From positions 1 to 62,857 of the IMG/VR virus record IMGVR_UViG_3300006052_000004: a stretch of 62,857 bases of DNA; one strand, given 5' to 3'. This document shows positions 54,612 through 60,934 of the stretch, piece by piece. Both the position numbers and the translations under genes were made by a program. The stretch is from a virus. Each line of letters starts with the position of its first letter. Positions within the stretch are counted from its first letter, which is position 1. The notes under the pieces were generated by a model, which saw only the letters and a list, made by a program, of their open reading frames with translations, searched no databases and had not been told where the DNA came from.

Positions 54612-55169
54612 TCATTTCGCCGTCGCCGATGGTGAGTTTGTGATGTCATCATAGATGATTGACGAGTAGTCCTGGATACCACCTTTGACCATCACATCCA
54701 TGCGTTTGATACACACGAGATGGTTTGGATTAACACACCGAGGTGTGTTGCAGATATGCTTGATGATGAAGCCTTCTGGTGGTAGCATGTGGTTTATGGC
54801 AATCCACGCGGCTCTGTGTGCACGTATCTTGAAATGCGATTTGTCGCCTTTTCCCCAAGTACCCGCCGGTGAGAATGTGACATTGAGGATGCCATAGTAT
54901 TGGTTTTGCGCGTAATTTTGGGCCTGTTCGATGGTTTGTCGTTTCGGCGGCGTTTCAATTGTGCCTGGCCAGAGGATACACTGCGTAGGAAATATGAATG
55001 GGATGAGGTCCCGGCGGTTTTGGCGTATAGAGGGAATTGCTCTTTGGAAATGGTGTACTAATGTGGACTGGTTTTCGGTGATCTCTAGCCAATGAGGAGA
55101 CTTGCTCTCCATTTCATAGCGAAATTGCGCGATGATTTCGTCGATTGACAGTGTTTCCTGTAGTGACAT
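54612..55169 (-). CDS. HNH homing-type endonuclease 3
   Basis: IRAHRAAWIAINHMLPPEGFIIKHICNTPRCVNPNHL. Confidence 0.7.
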   Translation of the reverse strand: MSLQETLSIDEIIAQFRYEMESKSPHWLEITENQSTLVHHFQRAIPSIRQNRRDLIPFIFPTQCILWPGTIETPPKRQTIEQAQNYAQNQYYGILNVTFSPAGTWGKGDKSHFKIRAHRAAWIAINHMLPPEGFIIKHICNTPRCVNPNHLVCIKRMDVMVKGGIQDYSSIIYDDITNSPSATAK

Positions 55170-55281
55170 GATGATGATTGAGGTTCCTTTTAAGTACGCT
55201 TTGGTATTGTGGTGATAGTAGATCGGTGTCTACTTGTGACAATCGGCTGTGAGAAGGATGCTTTTGGATTGATATAAGATT

Positions 55282-55311
55282 ATTATATCGTAGAAGTGCG
55301 AGAACTGTCAA
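55282..55311 (-). promoter_or_regulatory. Consensus sigma70-type promoter (leftward)
   Basis: The minus strand reads TTGACA (55311-55306), 18 nt, TATAAT (55287-55282). Confidence 0.7.
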
Positions 55312-55646
55312 GAGTAGAAAATATTGTGTAGAATGGTGTCTACTAAAAGCTCATTGTCTGGGCTTTTTTTGCTATAAGGCAGGTATATATATAGGTCATG
55401 ATTTGTGTTTGTTTTGTTAAGTAACAAACTAAAGCTTGTTTTTTGATTATACCCCCCCCATATGCCATGCTCCCGAAAATCGTAGACAATGAGGAAGCGT
55501 TTTTTTTGTGAAAATAATCGCAAAGGCTTGGCCATGTACGCCATCACCTCTCCCAAAATGCACAAAATTTTTGTCATGGCAGCCAAATTAATTTGCCAAA
55601 TTAATTTGCCAGGGCCGCCGAATTCCTCTCGCGGCCGGCCGAGCAT
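55308..55646 (-). CDS. Doubtful ORF in AT-rich, homopolymer-rich DNA
   Basis: 112-aa ORF containing C8/T9/T7 runs. No RBS or motif support. Confidence 0.25.
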   Translation of the reverse strand: MLGRPREEFGGPGKLIWQINLAAMTKILCILGEVMAYMAKPLRLFSQKKRFLIVYDFREHGIWGGYNQKTSFSLLLNKTNTNHDLYIYLPYSKKSPDNELLVDTILHNIFYS

Positions 55647-55689
55647 GACAACGCTACCGCGACAACAAAACTACACCATCGGCGAAACA

Positions 55690-56030
55690 CCAAAACGCTT
55701 TAGCGCCAGGCTGAGCATATGAAAGCACTTTAGCACAAACGAAGCAGCAGTGAAAAATATACGCCGCAGCGCTAAGCGTATGAAACACTACAGTGCTTTA
55801 GCGCCAGGGACGTTCCGTCTCAGCGCTAAAGCACTAATGGCCAGGCAGTCCAGCGCTTTAGCGCTGGACAAAACATACAGCGCTAAAGCGAAGCAGCAGT
55901 AGCGCTTCGCGCTACTGCGCTTTAGCGCTAGATAAAGCTTAGCGCGTTAGCGCTAAGCAGCAGTGAGCGCTTTAGCGCTGCGTTGCAGCGCTAAGCGCTC
56001 TATAGCGCTACTACGTAGCGCTTAGCTTCG
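55690..56030. repeat. Dense array of AGCGCT-based repeats (AGCGCT-TT-AGCGCT, AGCGCT-A-AGCGCT and short inverted repeats)
   Basis: 14 AGCGCT hexamers lie between 55768 and 56022. Examples are AGCGCTTTAGCGCT at 55852 and 55966, GCTTAGCGC-gtta-GCGCTAAGC at 55937-55958, and AGCGCTAC-tac-GTAGCGCT at 56004-56022. Confidence 0.9.
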
Positions 56031-56353
56031 CCCGAGCAACGCGAGGGTAAACCGACGTCCGAACGCAGTGAGGCGGAGGCGAAGCGTTAAGTTGTCCGAG
56101 CGAAGCGAGTTCGTGGCAGCAATGTGACTTCCGAGCGCGTAATCATAGACGGACACAAGCATCGAGGAATTGCCCAGCAACGATTGGGAGGAATGGAGCG
56201 AAGCGACAGGAGGGTGCCCAATCGCCCGAAGGGTGACGGAAGAAGCTGTGGTAGTAGATGATTACGCTGCGAGATGCAGCGTGTGGATTTGTACAACATA
56301 CCCGAGGCTTGGCGGGGGTGATGCTGTGCGAAGACATACGATGTGTCGAGCAT

Positions 56354-56455
56354 ACGAAGCAGCAGTGAAAAAAAGCGAAGCAGCAGTGAAAAAAAATGCT
56401 CGCTCAAAAAAAAGCGTTAAAAAAAAGCGCTAAAAAGTTGTGATAAAAAAAAATA
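56354..56455. repeat. Iteron-like GAAGCAGCAGTG repeats followed by six A5-A9 tracts (AT-rich, DUE-like)
   Basis: GAAGCAGCAGT occurs at 56356 and 56377, each followed by GA7-8. Further copies are at 55741, 55890 and (TAAGCAGCAGT) 55954. A-tracts start at 56368, 56389, 56406, 56419, 56432 and 56445. Confidence 0.85.
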
Positions 56456-56487
56456 CCGGCGACGATCACGATGATCGTCGCCGGTAT
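56445..56487 (-). terminator. Strong rho-independent terminator of the first leftward operon
   Basis: 15-bp perfect stem ATACCGGCGACGATC/GATCGTCGCCGGTAT (56453-67 / 56473-87) with a 5-nt loop, followed on the minus strand by a U8-9 run. Confidence 0.85.
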
Positions 56488-56618
56488 GACATATCATTCA
56501 ATTCAATCTCTACTCGCTCTATTTTGATCGCGATAGCCAACTTAGTATCTGTATGTGTGGCCATCTCGAAATCAAAAAGAAGCGAGAAGAGTATGAACCT
56601 CAACTCTTCTCGCGTCAT
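56466..56618 (-). CDS. Small hypothetical protein (50 aa)
   Basis: ATG at 56618 lies 1 nt after the upstream stop. The ORF ends inside the terminator stem. Confidence 0.35.
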   Translation of the reverse strand: MTREELRFILFSLLFDFEMATHTDTKLAIAIKIERVEIELNDMSYRRRSS

Positions 56619-56619
56619 G

Positions 56620-56787
56620 TCAGTACTCCTGCTGTTCCCACTCGACGAAGACTTGGTCGTATTCCTCTTCGAGTTCTGCTGCATGGTTTTTTGTACATGG
56701 TGGCAAGAGCCACAAGAGACGATCATATTCTTCGAGTGTGATCTTTCCACCAACGAAGATTTCCCACAGTTTCTCATGACAGCACAT
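56620..56787 (-). CDS. Small acidic hypothetical protein (55 aa, below the ORF-track cutoff)
   Basis: AGAAAGGGAACGAAC-ATG. The sequence is MCCHEKLWEIFVGGKITLEEYDRLLWLLPPCTKNHAAELEEEYDQVFVEWEQQEY. Confidence 0.4.
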   Translation of the reverse strand: MCCHEKLWEIFVGGKITLEEYDRLLWLLPPCTKNHAAELEEEYDQVFVEWEQQEY

Positions 56788-56837
56788 GTTCGTTCCCTTT
56801 CTGTAGATGCGGGTTAGTTACCTCCCCACATCAACTT

Positions 56838-56912
56838 TCAGAAATTCATCACGCTCATGACGACCCACAGGATCATGAGACCGACGATGATTGCGATCAC
56901 TATTGCGATCAT
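56838..56912 (-). CDS. Hydrophobic mini-protein (24 aa)
   Basis: MIAIVIAIIVGLMILWVVMSVMNF. Its ATG overlaps the stop of the preceding mini-ORF (ATGA). Confidence 0.45.
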   Translation of the reverse strand: MIAIVIAIIVGLMILWVVMSVMNF

Positions 56913-57004
56913 ATGATCCCTACCTTGTCTAATATCCAGTATGAGAATACTGACCCCCATGCGATACCGGCGATGATCGTGAGGACTATTACGGTTGTGA
57001 ACAT
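56909..57004 (-). CDS. Hydrophobic mini-protein (31 aa)
   Basis: MFTTVIVLTIIAGIAWGSVFSYWILDKVGII, preceded by ACAAGGAAC. Confidence 0.45.
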   Translation of the reverse strand: MFTTVIVLTIIAGIAWGSVFSYWILDKVGII

Positions 57005-57084
57005 GTTGTTGTTCCTTGTTGTCAGAGAGGTTGTTCCCGGTCCCGATTGCTCGGGACCGGTTGACGATTACTCGTCCTTAGCTT

Positions 57085-57504
57085 TTACTTCTTGAACGAG
57101 TCGAGGAGCGCTTGTGTCCGAGCGAGTTGACGTTGAGCAGCTTCGAGTTTCTTCTGCAGAACCTCTTCGGTCATCGCTTCCGCGGTGTATCCGTCAGCTT
57201 CTTCGGTCAATTGCTCGATGTTGTCAACGATCCACTGCATACCCACCTTCGCGAACAACTCCCAGATCGTGATCTCGTGTTTCTTGCAGACCGCCATCAC
57301 GATACCGTGGGTCACGACATCCATGTTGACAGGCGCCCACACGATCTCGCGGTCATTCTCGATCCCCATACGAGCTTTAGACTTGCTGGTACTCGGCAAC
57401 TTCTGAGCGATACATTCCTTCTCGGTCAGTGGCTTGAACTGGTTGACAGAAATGGCGGGGATCAGGGACTTGGTCACGGTCGTTCCATTGGTCGATTTAG
57501 ACAT
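57085..57504 (-). CDS. Paralog family member 3 (divergent), first leftward gene
   Basis: ATG at 57504 is preceded by AAGGAG. The C-terminal YTAEAMTEEVLQKKLEAAQRQLARTQALL parallels YEAMTEEQLEAEIAKQQKAIEKL (member 2) and VTAMAPEEAEAYVNKRAKAAATAL (member 1). Confidence 0.6.
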   Translation of the reverse strand: MSKSTNGTTVTKSLIPAISVNQFKPLTEKECIAQKLPSTSKSKARMGIENDREIVWAPVNMDVVTHGIVMAVCKKHEITIWELFAKVGMQWIVDNIEQLTEEADGYTAEAMTEEVLQKKLEAAQRQLARTQALLDSFKK

Positions 57505-57837
57505 TTTCGATGTCTCCTTCTCTGATGGAGTTCCGATCACTTGATTGATCGACTTTGTCGATATTTGATTTTCAAGGATCAGGAGATTGTCAGTTCTCAT
57601 CTCCATCATTAAATATATTATATCATAATCCTGGAGACCCGATGGTCCATCCCACGCCCCAAGGCAATTTCTGAAACAAATCGCTATACGTACTTTGGAC
57701 CTAAGATCGACGTCCACTCCCCACTCCAGGGCCATTTTTCAACATAATCGCATGTACGTCATCCTCTATATACTCTTAGCATCTATGTCGAAAGTTCACC
57801 CATGGCATATGGTAGCTAAACTTAGCAAGACCTTTTT

Positions 57838-57879
57838 TCTCACTTCTCCTCTCACTTCTCTCTCGAACCGCGGTATAAT
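57838..57879 (+). promoter_or_regulatory. Candidate late promoter: TATAAT (57874-57879) without a -35 match, preceded by two TCTCACTTCTC direct repeats
   Basis: GCGGTATAATGACC has the same GGTATAATGA context as the leftward promoters. The repeats lie at 57838-48 and 57850-60. Confidence 0.5.
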
Positions 57880-57964
57880 GACCGTGTAGTCGGTCCTTCC
57901 TTCCGACTTCGGGTGATGCGCCATCGTCCCGGTCCTCCTGCGCCCGCTGCCCCGCTCGCCACGG

Positions 57965-57997
57965 GGCAGTGCGATCGCCCCGCACGATCGCACTGCC
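57965..57997 (+). promoter_or_regulatory. 13-bp perfect hairpin in the late leader
   Basis: GGCAGTGCGATCG-ccccgca-CGATCGCACTGCC. A 6-bp hairpin AGTCGG/CCGACT lies about 70 nt upstream. Confidence 0.7.
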
Positions 57998-58132
57998 ATC
58001 CCCGAGCCATAATGCAGCAAGTGTTCAGGTAGTCAGCCGAAAGCGTTGATATAGCCAACCCAACGCCTTGCTCAAACAACCAACCTTTCGCTGCATTGCT
58101 CGTCCTGTAAGCCGTGGGCAAACGCCTGTATT

Positions 58133-58172
58133 GACCGGTGTTGTTAGTTCTCCTTCGGCACCGGTCTTTTTT
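58133..58172 (+). terminator. Rho-independent terminator upstream of terS (late-leader terminator)
   Basis: 8-bp stem GACCGGTG/CACCGGTC (58133-40 / 58159-66) followed by T6 (58167-72), 60 nt before the terS ATG. Confidence 0.7.
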
Positions 58173-58232
58173 ACTTGTCAGTCGCGATCGCATTCGTCTA
58201 TTCGTCAATCCGATGTCCCCGGAGCAACGTCT

Positions 58233-58997
58233 ATGTCAAACGAAACTTTAGAGATCACAACAAGTTCATTGCAGCACCAGGTCCAGGTGCCAGCCATCAC
58301 CACCACCCTCTCACCAAGGGCTGCTGGTGCCTCACTACACCATAATCCATTCCCCACGGGCCTGCCCGAACTTACCGACCGTGAGTCAATGTGTGCGGCC
58401 CTTGAGGCCGAAGGATTACGGCCGTCGAATGCGGCCCGCATGGCCGGCCTGAATTGGGCACAGTATCGTGTCGCGATCGCGAAACCTGCTTATAAGACAC
58501 TCATTCGTTCCATTCTCTCATCGGCGGCCACAGAGGCAAATGCCGCAGCCATAGCGACCCGCGCGGGTCGCCTGGCCCGCGTCTCCTCATCGTGGGAGGA
58601 TACCAAAGAGATCATACGCCAGCGTGCAGTATCAGCATCTCCTCGGTGTCTCAACCCTGATCCTGAGTACATCGCTTCATTAGGCTTCTCCCACGAAGTC
58701 TTACGTTCCCAATATCCTGATCTCGGTGTTGACTACGACCCGTCCGATCCCGCTTGCCAGAATGTCGATCCATCGTCGTTCGATGTTCCTGGCGCATCGA
58801 CCGGTATGCTAGTCAAGACACTTAAGTCGATCGGCTCAGGGCAAAATGCCCGCACTGTCGTTGAGTGGACCGTAGACGAATCACTCATGCGCATACTCGC
58901 ATCATTGGAGAAGCAGGCGGCCCTTGAGACAGGCCAGGACAAAGAGAAGGGTGGTGTGCAGAAATTGTGGGTGGGCATAGATATTGACGAACTATAG
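58233..58997 (+). CDS. Putative terminase small subunit
   Basis: ATG at 58233 is preceded by GGAG. The N-terminal HTH-like segment is GLRPSNAARMAGLNWAQYRVAI. The gene lies directly upstream of, and overlaps, terL. Confidence 0.5.
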   Translation: MSNETLEITTSSLQHQVQVPAITTTLSPRAAGASLHHNPFPTGLPELTDRESMCAALEAEGLRPSNAARMAGLNWAQYRVAIAKPAYKTLIRSILSSAATEANAAAIATRAGRLARVSSSWEDTKEIIRQRAVSASPRCLNPDPEYIASLGFSHEVLRSQYPDLGVDYDPSDPACQNVDPSSFDVPGASTGMLVKTLKSIGSGQNARTVVEWTVDESLMRILASLEKQAALETGQDKEKGGVQKLWVGIDIDEL

Positions 58998-60921
58998 TCC
59001 TCACCACTCGTCTCTGCCCTCCATACTCTCCACCATCGACTTCTCACAAGTCCCCAACTATGGGTCACAGTCACCCGAACCGCCGCCACAAGAGGCCTTG
59101 CCGCCTCCAATACAACCATCCCATACACCACCACCGGCGCCAACGCACCAGCCGCGATTAGCCGCAGGCGGATCACGGTCGGACCCAAAACGTGCATACA
59201 CGCCATATGGCAATATGGCACGTGCAATGTACGACAAATCGACCATGGTGGTCTTGTGCGGGCCTGCCGGAACAGGAAAATCCCGCACATGGCTTGAGAA
59301 GGTACACCTGCTGTGCGAGAAGTACCCGGGTTGTCGGGCCCTGATTGTCCGAAAGACTCGTGAGTCACTCTCTGAAGCAGCCTTGTTCACTCTGGAGACG
59401 ATGGTCCTTCCTGAAGGGCATCCTATCCTTAACGACAATCGGCGTTCACACCGCACGGTGTATCCCTATCCTAATGGGTCTGAGATAGTCGTCGCAGGCC
59501 TTGACCGTCCGCAGAAGTTGATGTCAACTGAGTTTGACATCATATATGTACAGGAGATCACAGAGTGCGAGCAGGCTGACATCGAGATGTTGATGACCCG
59601 TCTCCGAAACGGTGTCACACGTTACCAACAGCTCGTTGCAGACTGCAACCCAGATAAGCCGATGCATTGGGTGAACCAGTCGGCACTTAAGGGTGTATTC
59701 CCCATGTATCATACATGGCATGAAGATAACCCTGTACTTTGGGAAGAAGCACCGAAATCAGTTCAGCGTATTCTGAACCCACCACCGCCGACCGACCCAT
59801 CGGCGCCGCATCCCAACCATGGGGTCTCGCAGACGATCATAGATCAGCTCGCAGAGATGTGGGCTGCTAAAGCACAGGATGGTCGGCGTGGGCGGTGGAC
59901 AGAACGTGGCATTGACTACATCGCAAAACTCGACAAGTTAACTGGGGCGCGATATAAGCGACTCCGGCTCGGTTTGTGGGCCACGGCAGAGGGCGCCGTA
60001 TATGAGGAGGCATGGGATGCAGACCACAACATCATCAAGAAGCGATTCTCCATCCCTCACCATTGGAGGCGCTTTTGGTCTGTTGACTTCGGCTTCACTG
60101 CTCCATTCGTCCTGCAGAAGTGGGCAATTGACGACGATGGACGAATGCTTTGTTACGAAGAACATTACATCACAAAGCAGCTCGTGTCCACTATGGGTAA
60201 ACTGGCCCTATATACCTCAGGATGGCGATACGATCCCGATGTGGGACACAGACAAATTCGAGGAGATGCTGAGCCGCTTCCAGAGACAATTGTATGTGAT
60301 GTCGATGCTGAGGGAAGAGCAACCCTCGAGCAAGAGACAGGGCTCCACATCACTGGAGCCTATAAAGGCATCTCTGATGGCATCCAAGGAGTACATGAGA
60401 GATTAGTGCGCCAGGCAGATGGTCGTGCGCGCCTATTCTTCTTTCAGGATGCCTTATACCAACGTGACACGTCGTTCGTTAACCATGAGCCGCAATGCAC
60501 GATCGAGGAGTTCGATGGGTACATCTGGGACACGACAGGTAGCCAGAAAAAGGGCGAGAAGCCCTTGGGCAAAGACGATCACGGCATGGATGCCACTCGT
60601 TATGCTGTTTGTTACGTTGACAATATTCGTATGGACACTCGTGCTAAGGATGTATCAATGGTCCAACTCGAGGATGCGCCACTTGGCATGGTGGTAGGCA
60701 TACCGAGGGCGACCGGCATCCCGCAGAGAGATCACGTTCGTGAAGGTACCAATATGGGTCGCAGTCGTAACCGCACCCATCACACTCACCATTCAGAGGT
60801 GAGCGACAAGGATAACGATGGTAACGGGTACTACACCAGCCGGCGGCTCGTCGGGGGGTCGCGGACGCCGCGCGGCCTCGCCGAAGAACGTGCAGCCAAG
60901 ACGGGGCGCTACCAGGACTGA
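58984..60921 (+). CDS. terL: Terminase large subunit
   Basis: Walker A VVLCGPAGTGKS and Walker B IIYVQEITE, with the nuclease half downstream. The start is uncertain (TTG at 58984; the first ATG at 59215 would truncate the conserved AYTPYG segment). Confidence 0.85.
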   Translation: MTNYSPHHSSLPSILSTIDFSQVPNYGSQSPEPPPQEALPPPIQPSHTPPPAPTHQPRLAAGGSRSDPKRAYTPYGNMARAMYDKSTMVVLCGPAGTGKSRTWLEKVHLLCEKYPGCRALIVRKTRESLSEAALFTLETMVLPEGHPILNDNRRSHRTVYPYPNGSEIVVAGLDRPQKLMSTEFDIIYVQEITECEQADIEMLMTRLRNGVTRYQQLVADCNPDKPMHWVNQSALKGVFPMYHTWHEDNPVLWEEAPKSVQRILNPPPPTDPSAPHPNHGVSQTIIDQLAEMWAAKAQDGRRGRWTERGIDYIAKLDKLTGARYKRLRLGLWATAEGAVYEEAWDADHNIIKKRFSIPHHWRRFWSVDFGFTAPFVLQKWAIDDDGRMLCYEEHYITKQLVSTMGKLALYTSGWRYDPDVGHRQIRGDAEPLPETIVCDVDAEGRATLEQETGLHITGAYKGISDGIQGVHERLVRQADGRARLFFFQDALYQRDTSFVNHEPQCTIEEFDGYIWDTTGSQKKGEKPLGKDDHGMDATRYAVCYVDNIRMDTRAKDVSMVQLEDAPLGMVVGIPRATGIPQRDHVREGTNMGRSRNRTHHTHHSEVSDKDNDGNGYYTSRRLVGGSRTPRGLAEERAAKTGRYQD

Positions 60922-60934
60922 ACGTAGACTAGAG

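Noticed and set aside
55690-56030. CRISPR array interpretation of the repeat field
   Set aside because: The repeat units are only 13-14 bp, irregularly spaced and in mixed orientation. There are no unique spacers of uniform length and no leader or cas genes.
56087-56433. ORFs 56170..56433 (+) and 56087..56407 / 56143..56337 (-) inside the repeat field
   Set aside because: They have no RBS. Their peptide repeats (EAAVKK) are merely translated DNA repeats. The plus-strand ORF runs against the local transcription direction, and the region sits behind a strong terminator.
57037-57060. 10-bp hairpin CCGGTCCCGA-ttgc-TCGGGACCGG after the paralog-3 gene as a terminator
   Set aside because: No U-run follows it on the transcribed (minus) strand, and the coupled mini-ORFs follow immediately. 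It is more likely an mRNA-stability or processing element, and this is unproven.
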